A stretch of DNA of 64,000 nt. Source: Phoronis australis (taxonomy: Eukaryota > Animalia > Phoronida). The stretch is taken from NCBI GenBank assembly GCA_002633005.1, contig NMRA01000176.1:131794-195793 (forward strand), given 5' to 3'. Made by a program: the position numbers and the translations under genes. Under the pieces are notes generated by a model. The model ran no database searches, was not told the DNA's origin, and saw only the letters and a program-made list of their open reading frames with translations. Below, one piece after another: positions 1-14,900 of this stretch (its first letter is position 1; each line of letters opens with the position of its first letter).

Positions 1-45
1 GCTTACTTTCTTCAGTGTTCCTTTCTACTTCTACACATGGCAGCA

Positions 46-3000
46 TTTTCCGGTTCAGTGACTTTACCAGACGTAGGAGGTTCTGAGCATGTGATAACAA
101 CTAGCTTCTTTGTTAACTGCCAAGCACAAATTCTTTTGTCTGTTACGACAACAAGCTAGCCACTTATCTACCAGGCTTATTACAGACCACCTGTGAACAC
201 AGTCAAACTCAGAGTGAATTGGTGTATTCGGAAAGAATAGATTGTCGTAACTTTGGTTGTAGTTGGGTGATTTTGGCGATTCAAAAGCTGAACATGATCA
301 CCATTTGACGAAGATTTCAGAAATGCTATTGGTTCAAGTTATGTTCAAATATGTTATAACTTAACTTTTATTTTTACACCACAACCCAATCAGGGTAGAT
401 AGGATCTTTTTGGAGAATAGAGCAATTATCGAACAAAAGAGAGCTGGCCCTCCAACCATAAATGCCAGAATAGAGTTAATCAGTCGTGAAAGATATTGGC
501 TACAGGGGTAAACTTCCCAACTTGTTGTTGGGCTATAGAATTGAACAAGTTGGGAGCAACGGGAAAGCGCCGTAATGACATATCTTTGATGAAGTATAGC
601 TATGACAGTTTAGGTAACTTTGGCGAAGAATTCCAACTCCACTTTTTGATCATTGTTAACTTTTTCACCACGTGTGCGATAACCACAGCAGGTCAGTGCG
701 AGACTGAGCGAAGTGTGAGACGCTGGCGCATGACACGTGCAAAATAGCATGTGAAGGCATCAAGTGAAATTTGTAAGATTTTGAGTCCCTTGGATTTTTT
801 GTTCGTCAAATGCATGATTTCATATGTAACTTCCTCTACTAAAAATAGCACCCGATAAGAGAAACTGCATAGAGCAAACCATGACAGATTTTCATCAATT
901 TGTTCAAATTATCTTGACGGAATCGTCTCCAGACTTATCGTATATGTTAATTATAACTTCATGACTTGTGCATATATATGCATGTTTCATTTGATTTTAT
1001 TTCCTATATTTTGAAATTCGGAACTTTTTTGTGGGGATGTACTTTCGTCCCTGTATGCCTTAGCTGCGGCATCCAGGGTGATGTAATTACCTAGCCTTGG
1101 TGTAGCCATCTAGCTGTATGAAGACTATCATATATTTACTATACTTTGCACCAGGACAGCTTTGATGCAGCCTTTGTGCTAAACTAAATATACAGATTTA
1201 CTCCGAGAATTATAAAACTGACCAAATAGCTTGATTGGGGCTGTTCCAGTAAAATCCATGTGGGAGGGGGGGACAGCAGTAGAAATAAAAATTCATGGGT
1301 GGTGGTCTTCAGAATAAAGCTCAAATTATGGGTGGTCGTTCCTGTAAGAAGTGATGCATTAAAAATGGGTGGTATTTTTTGACCTTTAATGTTGTCAGGT
1401 TGGTTACTTCAGCCCATACTGCCAGTGAACAGAGTGCAATATGTTCATTAAGCCATTAATCAAGTCATGGGCAACTTGATTTGAGCCAACTGTTTGCAGT
1501 CCTATTGAATTAAAAAGTTATGCAACACTAAACTGGTGTTAACACATATAAGAAAATCGATGATTTTCAAATAAAAAGTATGAGGAGTAAGATAAACAAG
1601 TTCCAATATTCACTTGACGTAGAAATATAAAAGAGTTCGTGGAGACAGTTTGAGATTCATAGATCCTTATAATTGAAAAAATGTTCATTGAAATTATAGA
1701 CACATGGTGAACAGAGACACCTGGTGACTGCCAAAAGTATTGCTCACAGGCTACTTTAGTTTTTGACAATATTGGACAAGACAACTAGTTCTTGTCTGTC
1801 AATCATCTAAGTTCTTAACAGGACTTCCTGGAGGCAATTTGTTTGCAAGTGTTGGATTTTATATTTTAACCTATTAAAAATAATTAAAAAATTATGGGTC
1901 ATGGGTTGGAGAAATGAATGAAAAATATGGGCGGTGGGTATGAAATAAAAGTGCCTTACCCCCTCCCATACAGATTTTGCTGGAACAGCCCTTACAGACT
2001 ACAGTCTTCTGTGGATAAAAAAAGGTATAAACTAAATTGCTGAACAGTGCTAAGACTTTTGTCATTCTACCGTCATGATCCAAGTTGTAGATCAAGCAAT
2101 CTTATGTGTTGGCTTTCAGCACCATGAAATAGATTTTTTTGCCGATTCTTTTACCAACTGTTCTTCCTTTAGGTTGCATACGCGTCAAAATTATCGTAAC
2201 TGATTTTTAGTATTTTATTACCAGGAAAGCAAAGTTCACAACAAATTTTACTTTGACGAAGCTGTCATCATCTCCCAAAAGATGTTGCAAAAAATTAGCA
2301 AATGTTGCATGCACTTGCCGTGTGTGTACTGTTTTCAAATTGACGGCAAGTTTTTCTTTCTTACTTTTGAACCGGAGAGTAACACAAGAAAATGACGTTG
2401 ATTTGATTGTTTTTCACTTGACGGCTGTAACGGGCACTTGGTGGGTGTTGATGCATGGAAACTTCAAGTCATAAATCACCTGACCCAAGTATTTTTGTTC
2501 ATGGTGGATTATGCACATGATAGTCTTGCGTGGGTCAACACCACAGGACAACTTTATAACCTTCCTGGATCACTGTCAATTTTCCAATCCGTTAGTTTGA
2601 TAAAAAATCGTTTTCTTCCTACAGGGGAACCGACCTTTGCTATGTCGGTGGTCCCAGGCCTTGAAGATGAAAGTCGCTTCACGTGATTATTGTCTATCAA
2701 AATAAACACTATAAGAGGTGTTGACATCAAAAGGCATTTGCAAAGACGATGTTGTCTCGGGTTGGCAGGTATAATTGTGTCGGATGGGTTTTGTCATAAT
2801 TTGATTGTCTCAGGCGGGTACCATGATGGCGACATCCCGTTGCTCCCAACTTGTTCGATTCTATAGCCCAACAACAAGTTGGGAAGGTTACCCCTGTAGC
2901 CAATATATTACACGACTGATTAACTCCATACTGGCATTCATGGTTGTAGGGCCTGTGCTCTTTTGTTAATTGCTCTAATCTCCGATCAGATCGTATCTAG

Positions 3001-3890
3001 CCTGACTGGGCTGAACTGATAAAAATGAAAGTTAAGTTATAACATATTTGAGCTTAAGCCAATAGCATTTCTGAATTCCTCATCAAATGCTGATCATGTT
3101 CTGTTTTTGAATCGCCAAAATCACCCAACTACAACAGAAGTAAAGACAATCTATTCTGTCCAAAGGATTATCAAGGCACTGGGTTTGACTGTGTTGATAC
3201 CCTTTCCCTAATAGCATGCAACCACCATAGGTTTCCTTTGAAGCCTGGGAGATAACTGGCCAGCTTGTTATCATACCAGACAAAAGACTGAGCTGGGCAG
3301 TTAATAAAAGAGCCAGATGTTATGGAAGGTTCAGCACCTCTCAGGTCTGGATTACTGAAGGACAGAACGCTGTAATGCATTAGGGCATTTTCCTGTTGAG
3401 CCCAACTTGTTCAATTATTGTATACCCAACAACAAATTGGGGGATGACCCATGTACCCAGTATCTTACACGACTGATTAACTCCATTCTGACATTTACGG
3501 TTGGTGGGCCAACTCTCTTTTGTTCCATGATTGCTTTAATTTCTGTTAAGATCGTATCTAGCCTGACTGGGCTGTGCTGTTAAAAATAAAAGTTAAGTTA
3601 TAAGATATTTGAACACAAACCAATAGCATTTCTGAAATCCTCATCAAATGCTGATCATTAGTTTTTGAATAACTAAAATGGCCCAACTACAACCGAAGTT
3701 ATGACAATCTATTCTTTCTGAATGCACCAATTCCCACTGGGTGTGACTATGCTCACAGGTGGTCCCTAATAAGCCTGGTAGATAATTGGCCTGCATGTTT
3801 CCCTATCAGACAAAAGACTGTGCTCAGCAGTTAACAAAGGAGCTAGATGTTATCATACTCTCACAACCAAAAGTCACTGAACTGGAGAAT
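46..3890. mobile_element. Foldback-like structure: a ~535-bp arm (46-580) inverted relative to two tandem ~555-bp copies (2822-3345, 3400-3890)
   Basis: For example gaacaagttgggagcaacggga (543) is the reverse complement of tcccgttgctcccaacttgttc (2835). ttataacttaacttt (near 354) pairs with aaagttaagttataa at about 3028 and 3589. cccaacttgtt recurs at 2845 and 3401. Confidence 0.7.
1238..1991. mobile_element. Non-autonomous DNA transposon (PIF/Harbinger-like MITE) inside the foldback spacer
   Basis: Imperfect ~30-bp TIRs gggctgttccagtaaaatccatgtgggagggg / cccctcccatacagattttgctggaacagccc. Flanks ttg / tta suggest a decayed TTA target duplication. Confidence 0.65.
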
Positions 3891-4059
3891 TCTTCTAATT
3901 GTTTTGTCATCATGCAAAATATTATGGCATTGCTCTGGTTTTTGGCATCTCAGCGGTACACCCATACCATTTTTGGAAAGAATTGCCGGATCTTATGATT
4001 TACCATGCATGGCATGACAATTTGTGTAAGCATTCGCTAACTATAATCTCATGCTTCAG

Positions 4060-7000
4060 ATGTTCAGAAGTTCCTGGTGATAACATTGAAGCCATGTACT
4101 CTACCCAAAGCTGCACTTGCTGAGAAGGAAGCCATCTTGGAAAAATTGAAAGGCGTCAAAGCTGAGAAGCCCCACTGGTTGCCAGAACTTGATGAGGATT
4201 TTGGAGATGGTAAGACTTTGGTGTTACGAGTGAATGGATGGAAAAAGAACTACTGCTAAATTAATGCTCTAATCAGGATTACGTTCTGCGGCTCTTTGGT
4301 GTTGTGAAAGCACAAAAGGGCCTTTCACTTGACCAATTTCTAACGGTTTGGTTGGAATGTCAGCCTGAGTTGATCTGCAGCAGAATGCCATTTCTTTCAT
4401 TGGCAGATATTTTGAGAAGTTGGAATTTTTGTTTGAATCATTTGATGCCCCCCACAGCAGTTGCAGTAATTTGATGGAAGGGTTGCAAAGAATTTATGAA
4501 AACTGGTGGAAAATGTCCCACTTTGTTCAATTCATGAGTAAATGCAAAATGCTATCTGCCAACTACCATATCGCCATCTAGTGACAAGGTTTATTTCATT
4601 ATCAGAAAATGGCTAATTGCCTATAGTGTATAGCATGATGGTCAAGTGAAATATTATTTGTCGTACATTTCCCAAGTTCATCAATCAAAGGATTTAAATG
4701 AAGAAATGATATTTTAGCAGGTCAAATTGTTTTCATAGTAACATGTTATCTACTGTGCCATTAAGTCTCTTTGGAATTGTTGGATGTGAAATGCTGGGGT
4801 TTATTAGTTCTGTCTTATGGACCACGCACACGCTGTGAGGTCCTAAATGATTTGTCTTATCCATTAGACTTTTTTAATACTGTCAAAATATGTCATTTGT
4901 CTAGCACTATGTTACCTTCGAATTTTTACTAATTAACTTCAGGTATGGTAAATTGTTTTCAAGTTATAGAACACGTGCTGATTAGCAATCAAAGGTTAAA
5001 TTTTATTTTGTCAAAATCATTTTATTTTAAATACCAAAATTTTGAACAAGAATAAATTAGTGGACAATTTTACTTGATTATTTGAAAATGTTATGTTATG
5101 TACGCTGCTGTCATCAACAAACACACGATGGCACTTGTAATATTTTTAGCAATACAGTGAGTGTTAGGAAAATGAAAAAAATACATTTTTAATTTATTTT
5201 TGTCCGAATTTGAGGCAGCTTTAATAAAACTTGTCTTCTAATCCAGGACCACACTTTGCTAAACTACATTTCACTTAGTACACAAGCCAACTGGAACAGT
5301 TGTATGACTGAATAAGATCCCTAGGGTTCACGAGGTTCTAGTGTCAATTGACCTATTCCCAAGATTTTGAGTGATGACTTAACTGACCAATCAGAACACA
5401 GCATTCTTGACACACCGTCATTTGCAAGCCACCATTTTACCCGACAAACAACATGGTAAAACTATTCATTTGTTTGTCGAGTTTTCGCAAGGGGGCGGAG
5501 CTTTTGATAGGTCAATTTCAAAAGGCCTTTTGTGTTTGAAGGATATTCCTGATTTGCAACCCTTAGCAAAATTCTAAGTCACCATTTGAACTAGTTACCT
5601 GCTCCAAGTGCAAATTTGTAATGTACGTGGCCTCTGTACAGAGACATCGGTCAGAGATAAAGTTTAACTTACTGCATGCTTCTAAGGTAAGCCTCTTAGA
5701 GGTGGCTGAGGTAATTTCTTATGTATTGTAATTCGTCACTGTCAATTCTTGTGCAATTATGCAGGTCAAGTGACTTGTTCTTTTATGTAGGTCAAGTGAC
5801 TTGTGCTGTTATGTAGGTCAGTGACATTTACCTGAACAAAATGACTTTTAAAAATTTGGCTGCAGATGATCTTTGTTCAAGATTTGATGGTATGCGCATA
5901 TTGTTGTTAGATAAGTTAAAGCGCTGAAGGTTAAATAGTCATTTATCCCATACGCGTTGAATCTTTCGAGGGAAATACGGCCATGTAATAAAGTTTTCCG
6001 TATTCACCCCCCGCACTTCTTCAACAGTGACCTCTGACATGGAAAATTCAAAAGGTAGGTCAATGTCGACTTGAATCATCAAACTTTCTGAACATAGTTT
6101 AAAGTAACACAGTTGCAGCAGTGTCAATAACACACGACATGCAACCAGGCCCTAAACGTAAAATTTGGAACAAAACTGTTAATTATATGACACTTCTGTC
6201 TCAGTTTTCAATTGCAGAATACTATCGTCTGCAAGTCAGGCGCCGATTCCTAGGAAATTACAATATCACGTTGTTATTTAACTATTTCCAGCAGATGTTA
6301 AAAGTGTACTGCACAGTTGCCGTTGTTTTCATCTTTGCCTACCTCTTTTCAAGAAATAAATTGTTACTTTTCAGTAAAACTGTTTCTTTTACAAGAGAAA
6401 ACTTGCAACGTAACGCGCTGGTACATACATATCATTTGCCATGTGAACAGTCTGAGTGAAGCATTTAAAAAATCTGCCGAAAAAACGAAAGAAACTTAAG
6501 AATTCGAAGCGTATGGGATAAATACAAAACATTCCTCGATTGGCGTACATGAAGTAATATCCCGGCCCACGAGACATTATTTCACATATCGAACTCGACC
6601 TTCGGTCTCTTTCGATAAGCGGAATAAGGTCGAGTGGGATATTACGTCATGTATTCCACTCTCGGTACGTTTTGTGTATTTACGTCATCAGTTCTCTAAA
6701 TGTGTCACCATGGGCTCAGTAAAATCTTTTTATATCTTGTTGAAGAATTGTAGTATTAAATACTAGTACACTTTCAAATTCACTCATTGCATGACTACCA
6801 AATTCTTTTGCTCTGGTTGCTGTTTCATCAGTTCAATCTCATGTGTCTGTATAAGATTTTTATTCAAGTGGTTGTTACAGAGTATGAAGATTGCGACGTG
6901 GTTAGAGACACATCAACAAACCAAGAGGACCATAATGCAAGCAAAGATGACGAAGACTCGCATAGTTTCGATGAAGGTTCTTACAAAGCGTGGGGTGACT

Positions 7001-10000
7001 AACATTTTCTAATTTTCTGAATGTCAAGGTCACAAATTGGCTGGCGAGCAGAGTATTTTTGAGTACACGAAGTACTTTTTAAAAACATTTCTCGACTTGT
7101 GAAGAAATAAGAATCAATTTATTTTTGTTTGAGTCCATGCTTGGGTCATAGGATGACCTGCCTGCTGAGTTAAATTACAATTACTGGGCTTGGCCTCTGG
7201 TGATATCGAACTGTCATTTAATTGTTTCCATCTTCAGATTTTTTCCAATTTGATTAACGGTAGGGTTTTTATTTTTTCACACAAGGCAAGTTTATAACAC
7301 CTTTGAGTAGAGGATCGAATTTTAAAAACTTTTTTTTCATTATTATGGTAGTGCTTATTTATTGAAAACCTAATGAGTAATTTTCATTCTGTTTGTATTC
7401 TTTGTGATAGAAAGCAAAAGTATTAAACTAAGTTTCAGGATTTTCCGAGTCTAAGCAATGGCTATGATTCATCCAATTCTCTAAAAGGGACTTTTTTCAT
7501 ACAGACACAAGGTGTCAGTAATTTAATAAGTGGATTTGTGACATTGACATTACGTGCACATCTTTCTTGTCTGCTGCAGTATATAATCTTGAGTGAAGTG
7601 GCTGGTTGGCTTCGAAATTTGATACGTCTGCTTATATTCGAACACAGTATTTGGAACTACGAAACTGTCTAGCTTTGAACACTGAGAAGCACATTTCTGT
7701 TTGCCATGACGTCTCTTCCAATAATGCATGGCTTTGTTATATTGAATGCCATTTTGAAGTTTAACAATCATTTACGAATTTATACAACATGTTGCAGCTA
7801 AACACACGAGTAGTTTATTGAAATTTAATAAAATGAATTGGAAGCAGAATGTTGAATTACTCCAGTCACTGGAAATCTGCAACGTCATTTTGGAGCAAAA
7901 AGGTTTGATTTCTTGAAAATTGTCTTGCTGTAATTTTTTTTCTGCTTGGTTTCATTTTGTGTTTTTGACACAATTTTGACAGGAGTAGACGAATTTCTTT
8001 TTTGAAAATTGTATACGGGCATTCCATCCAGAATGCAAATTTTCATGTAGACCACTTACCACTTTCAAATTGATCTCGGCTTGTTCCTTGCTCATATAAC
8101 AAGTGATTATGAACAGTAACAATGCCTAATTGTCTCCCAATTTGACTAAGTAACAATTTGAGATCAATTTCATAAGTGTAAATGATCCACCGGTATGTCA
8201 AAACTTAAGTTCTTTTTTGAAGCCGATCTTACAACTGGCATATCCAAGGGTTAAAGGCAGTGTTACAAACTTACTAATTTTCTGTTTTCACCCATAACAA
8301 CTCAATTAGAAAGGGACATTTTTTCGTTATGAAAATGCATCTACTGTTTCACCTGTAATATCGATGGTTGTATTCTTCTTGTACTAAATAATACACTGTC
8401 ATTATATTTACATAGTACGACACATTAACTGGCTAATTTTAATATTTCTTAAATGTGTGGTGTTTTGGGCTCGTCACGTGGTTGCATGTAACTTATTGTG
8501 AACTAGTGCTCCTGTTTGGGACAGTGGAATTGCTCTAGGTCGTAGCCTGTGCCAAATTACAGGCAATGCTGGTTGCCCCAAATTCAAGAATTACAGTCAT
8601 TAGACAAACGCTCACTCAACTCCATGTTGCATGCCATGGGGACGCAGGAAAGGGTTGCATCAGCAGCAGTTTTTGGGGATTTTATGAACCGCCAAGTCTA
8701 TTTTTAGACTGTGGATATCAAATGCAGTGTCCGATATTCGGCAGATATCATGAAACTCTTCCATGTCCCAGTCTTCAGAATGAAGGAAATTCATTTCCGG
8801 CTAAATGTCCGGCATCCCAGATTTTAGACTTTCCCAAACTAGAGAATTTTTTTTGAACTGTCATTAAATTCACTAAGCTTGTGCCACCTAATGTTTTTTT
8901 GCAATACTACACATACTTTGAAAGCCTGGAAGATAACTGTGTTCTGCAAAGACTGTTTAGTCAGGGTAGACAATTTCTGTCCCTCATGTATCTCGGTCAC
9001 AAGGGGCTGTGTTTCTATTTTCTTGCATCATAATTCTCTTCATAAGAACATGTTTCTTTCAATCCTCATAAAATTCGGTTGTATTCAGGGGCAGTTTGCA
9101 GAATTTTCACTTGAATGTTTACAATGAAGTACGAAGCACAATGTGGCTATCAGGTGAAACTTTATTTTACAAATTGAAAATTCTCAAAATTGAAATTTTA
9201 TTTTATTACTAGAGCATGATTTGTACAGAAAACATTATTTTCTCAATTTTCAATAATATCCAGCAAGACAATCAGTTTTTGAAAAATGCAAAAATGTCAA
9301 GTTTGACATTTATTTTCGTGTGCAACAACTGAAGAATTATTGTTCCTTAGTATTATACTTTCACCTCTTGTGAAAGTGTGATGACGACAGGTTGACATCA
9401 AAAGAACGTTGTTCATGATAACGTCCCAGCAGTTTGTGAGGTCAAAAGATTGTCCAGCAAGATAGTTGTAATTTGTGTACTTGACAGGTTCCCTTGAATG
9501 TCTCCAAATTTATAGGGGTAAATAATGTTTGTGGTTTATGCTATTCCAGTACACAGTACACAGGCAACAGAGGTGTTAGTGCCTGGTGTACTATCTGTTT
9601 TGCATTAAGTGTTGGTACAAACTGATTAAATTACACATTATAACAGATTGTTGGTAATTTTCAGTTCCTTCACCAGGGGCACTACTACGAGTTTTCGGTT
9701 TTTGATTTCTGGTAGGTGTGACCCAGTCGCATGCAGTCACTAATCATCCTTGTACTGACTATTTTCTGGTTATCAGGCTCAAAGGAAGTGCATGAAGACG
9801 TACCAGCTGCCACTCTGTCTGACCCCATTAAGGCTGGATATCTTGATAAGAAGAGGAAACATGGTTTGTAAAGTTACACTTTGCTTAACATGTCAGTAAT
9901 TAACATACTTGTTTCACTGAAAGTGGTTGTGAACTCGCTTTACGTTATAATATTCAACTTTAGATTATAGATCACTTGCCAGGATTTTTACGGTTAAGTT

Positions 10001-11891
10001 TCTTTAAATTAGATCGCAGTATGGCGGAACAATTAAATTTTATTTCATCAAAATTTTCAACTAGTCAAGACTAAACAAAAATGTTATTTTGCTTCAGAAT
10101 CTTTAAAGCTTTTTGTGGTAAGACTGGCATCAACAAATGCACAATGAAATTTTGATTAATTTTGGCAATACATCGAGCTTTGGAAAAATGAAAAATACAA
10201 TTTTGGCCGTTGCTTTTGTTCGCATTTGAGGAAACTTTACTGTAAAGTGATCTTAGGCTATTCCTTAGTCAAACTATGTACTGATTTCACGGCTTGGAAG
10301 GAACTGACTGTTTGGTATTGTTTGAAACTGGGCTCTACAAGATTCGCAATGAGACAGTTCTCCGCATAATTTCCAATTCACCAATTGCTGACAGTAGTAA
10401 GGGGACTCCATAATATGTTCAGTCCAGCTCAGATCATGAGAAATGGTAACAAGCACTTGAACAATTATAGAAACATAATCAATGTTTGTGGAATTTGATA
10501 AAATATTAATGGCACTGAGATCACCTAACTGCTGATTCATGCAAAGCTGAAAAATAGCTATGTTTAACAATGTGTGGCATTTGCCTTAAGTTTGTCCTAA
10601 CATATTTTTGGACTTGGAAAGTTTCAGAGAGGACAAGTCTACAAGACGCACGGACAAATGCGTCCAGGCCTTCGTGCCATTTATTTCCCGCCCATTTCAA
10701 ATACCAAGCTCCGTGAAGCATGGAGATGAGGTATTAACAATCAAACTTAAAATGGCCATTCCCAAAAGTAGAAACTGTAAGTCTTGTTGTGCCAAGATGT
10801 GATGTATGGCTGCATTAGCTTGTCAAACCAACACTAGCATGAGGCATTTTCCCATTCAAAGTTAATGCATTCTTTGAGATAAAGATCTCTCTGATAATCA
10901 ATGGTGTTGTCCATGCATGTTACACTAAAGAGGTTTTTGGTACATATCAGAAACATCAGTAGCAATGCCAGCTAGTTCTCTTCTCTTCTGTTGAAATTAA
11001 CCAATTTTCAATGAGGTCTTTAATTTTTATAGTCTCCAGTATCTAAATTGAGCGGGAAAAATATTGTCAGGAACAGGCAATTGTTATCACTGAGAAATAC
11101 CTATCTCTGTTGCCTAATCCTCAAACCCAAAGCAGCTGGCCACTAAGGTCCAGGCACTGTGGTATGTGCCTATTGTAATCCCAACCCAAGAGAAGTGCTG
11201 GTTAGAAAATAATCTGATGTACATAAGTCATGTAACGTGCAATGAACGTGTCAGCGTTATTACTTGGATTGTATCTTCATGTTTTTTTTGTTTTTTTTTT
11301 GATTTACAGAAACTGGTTTGTTGAAACTGCAGCCCTATCAAAAGAGGTGGTGTGTCATAAAAGGTAACACCCTTTATTACTATGCCTCACCTAAAGACAG
11401 GAAACAGAAAGGCGCATTTACTGTTGATGGTAAGTATAAGATTTAGAAACTCCATGTGCTAGCAATAAATATGCCCTTACAATAATTTACAGTAAAAACT
11501 TGCCAAGGGCGAAATGCCCACTAAGTCTGATTAGGTTTCTACTTTCGGTCAGTGGTGCATATGGCTTAGTGGACTAAAGAATCTGCACAGTTAGCAAATT
11601 GAAGGTCCCAGGTTAATTCAAGTAAAAAATGGGCAACAACGTTATTTTTGGGTTTTTTGATAAAAAAGAAAATTTTAAAAACATTGTTTTATTATTGGGT
11701 TAACAGTTTATTTATATCCAAAAGTTTGGATCAAAAAGATTACTTCTAAGTAGATTTTTAACTTCATCAAAGAATATTATATGAGTGAAAAGTATAATGC
11801 TCGTAAGAATTTGAATTTAGAATTTATACAAAAAAGATGGTGTAACTTTGAAACGTTTTTTCTTAGCAGTCAAGAGGATTAGTTATGGGTA

Positions 11892-11928
<37 letters not shown>

Positions 11929-14900
11929 TGTTCTTTGTCTTTTTGTGATATTGTAATGTTTTTCTCATTGCCAATAAATGTATAAAAATTTTTTAAAAAA
12001 AATGGGCCATAAATCTTTTCAGACTTATATTCTTTAAGTCACATGATGTGGCCACAGTTGGCCTGCTGACCAGACTTAAAAATGATTTCATTGATTGCAG
12101 TGCAATAAATTAATGTTTTTAAATTAGTTCTTAGACTTCAACGAAACTCTTAAACCAGGCAGGTTCTTTCGTAATCTTGCTGGAAATTATTTTGTATCTC
12201 TTGGAGTAGATCTTGCCTATGCTGTGTGCATGCGTGATCGCTCTATATTTAATGGTAAATTAGACGGAAATCCACCATTATTGTCTTTATTTCAGTTTGA
12301 AGTAGCATTCTATGGAGCTTTTATGGTTTTAAATTAAAAGTAATACTTTAGTATACAAATTACTTAACTTGCAGATTATGAGGCTCGGCCTTGCGTTACA
12401 AACAAAAAAGACTCTGGGTTTGAGTTAGTTTGTCCGGGTCACAGAACCTATGTCGTACGTATCCTTATTGCAGCTGTGTATATTCATAGACTACATGGAA
12501 TTTATCGGCTGCTTCTAACTTGATTTAAATATTTCAATTTGCGCTGCGTGGAGCTTTAAAAGTTATCAAGTTTTTGCCTCATCTTGTGCCTCCACTGTTC
12601 TCCATTCTGAATACTTGTCCTTTGGTAACCGTCACTTACAGGAGTTCAGCCTTTTGAGAACCAGTTTCATCAATTGAAGAATGTGTGTCAAATTGGTTCT
12701 AAAAATGTGGGACCCCTGTATTGACTTTTGCCCTTTCTACAGGATGTAATTTTGCTTCTATCCAGAAGTGATTGCTTGGCACTATAGTAGCTTTCCATAA
12801 AGTCTTGCTGCTGACTCCAACTTGTGTAACTTCTTAGCTGAGGTGCATTGATGCCTCTAAACGAGCCTGTTGTCTTTGGGCAAACAAATGGGACACCTAC
12901 ATGTTGATACTCAAGATCCGTGATAAAATTCTGCTATAAATTTCCGCACTTGAAAAAATTAATGCAATTTTTTTTCTCACGAAATAATATTCTTTTCTCA
13001 TTAACTGCAAAAACCTGGAGTTTTAATGCCTATGGGGACAGATTTGATACACTCTCTACCAAGCTCATCATTTATGCTATTCACCTTCATGAGTCGGAAC
13101 TATTCACATGCTACGTAACTATAGTGTGAATCCCGTGCAACTCTGACTCAAAGCTGCTATTGGTCATGAAATGAAAAGTGGTTACTAAATAAGAATAGAA
13201 TTGAATTGCTCTTGATGAGGAAAGAATATAACTCGTAAGAAGAAAATTGCACTAATGATAAAGCTTGTTGTTAATGACAATACCAGGACCGGCCATGATG
13301 GAAGAAAAATGTTTCTCTTTTTAACTAACTTGCTTCCATACAGTTCAGTGCCTGCAGCCCTGAAGAGTGTAGCAGCTGGCTTGAGGCCTTGGCAACCGTG
13401 AGCAAAGCCACCAGTGAACTGAGCAAGGTACCCATAGGTAGGTTGTTTTGACTATATGGTCTTTACAGTGTCACTGGTGCAACTATGATATTGTAAGAGT
13501 GGATTGATCACAGTATTGGATTGAGCAATTCCCAGTTGCCCCCGAAAATGGAATTTTGGTGGGGTCGTAGGCTGTGTCCGTAGGTGCTAGGCTCCTAAAT
13601 CTGTCTCCAGGTTTGTCATTGAATAGCACTAGAAGTGTATTATTTGCTAAATTGTTTAGGCACCTGCTGTTAACAGTATTTTAATGGAAGACATATAGTC
13701 ACCTGGTGATGCTAGGTAACTCCTCTTCTTAGCACCTGGTGAGATTGAGGAGGGACTGCAGTTCATCAGAGTGGGGACATCTGTGGGGATTGTCCAGTCT
13801 GACAACCTGAATGTATGCATTTCTAAATGTAAGATTGTAGTCACACTAGCACGACCTACATGTATCAGATTTTAAATCACCATGATTGTTTTAGTCATTT
13901 CCAAATTGACAGATTTTTCAAAAGCTGTCTATAACTGGCTTTAAATAGTCAAAATGCTAGGTGTTGTCTGTAACAGCAGTAGCTTACAGTACTCAACCAT
14001 TGGTTTTAGGATGTAATTTTCATTTTATTTAGAGTAATGAAAAATTTTGGTTTTAGTTAATAAAACATAATTTAGCGTATTAGAAACAGAGGAAGAACGG
14101 TGGGATAGTTGTGTCCCTTGTCAGTAGTTGTGTCCCCTGTCGGCTGTAGTCTCTGATAACAGTATCCACATCCTTAAATTTTTCAAAACAGAAATGGTTC
14201 AAATCAAAACATGGAATTTTGATTTAGCTTTTTTCAAAAATGTTGTTTGAGCATGACTCACCGATCACACAACTCTATTCATTCTCCGGCTGTATGCTAG
14301 GCAAGGGGTTTCAGGTGGTTAGAACTTTGATTGGTTCACAAACAGTAAGACGATTAGGGTTGGCCCGAGTGAGAGTGAATACATTTCAGCCAATGGAAAC
14401 TTGTTGCAGATGCTGACGATGAAGGGGGTGAAGATTACGTGGATCCAAACGAGGTTGTCAACTATATTGAGCCTGAAGAGGGCAGTGCTGTGTCTAGATC
14501 ACAAGCACAAGAGGAGATGGCCAATAACAAAACAAAAGGCAAGAAGTCTCTGCCACCACTACCTGTAGAGGAGGTGAGACCTGGCTGGCCATGGAGGCCA
14601 GTGTGCTACTGTGGAATCCATGCGAGATAGGAACAAGGAATACAGGGAAACAATTTATGAATTGGTGTTGACACAGTACTCAAAGTTAAGCTTTCTGTGC
14701 TGTTGGCTGAAATATAATCCACAAATAATAATTATTGTCAAGTGAGGCAGCATGACGATTCTCCACTTATTTTGCACAAAAAGTTATGGCCAAAATTGTC
14801 TTTTTCCATTTTCAAAAAGACTGATTTAGCGAAGTTCAATAGGAAGATGTTTGGATGACCCATGCTGCACAGTTTCCAAAAATACACCACAAGCAGAACT

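Noticed and set aside
38-80. ATG-initiated phase-1 segment MAAFSGSVTLPDVG as SKAP exon 1
   Set aside because: The donor is weak (GTTCTG), it overlaps the foldback repeat arm, and it lacks the expected amphipathic IxxLL helix.
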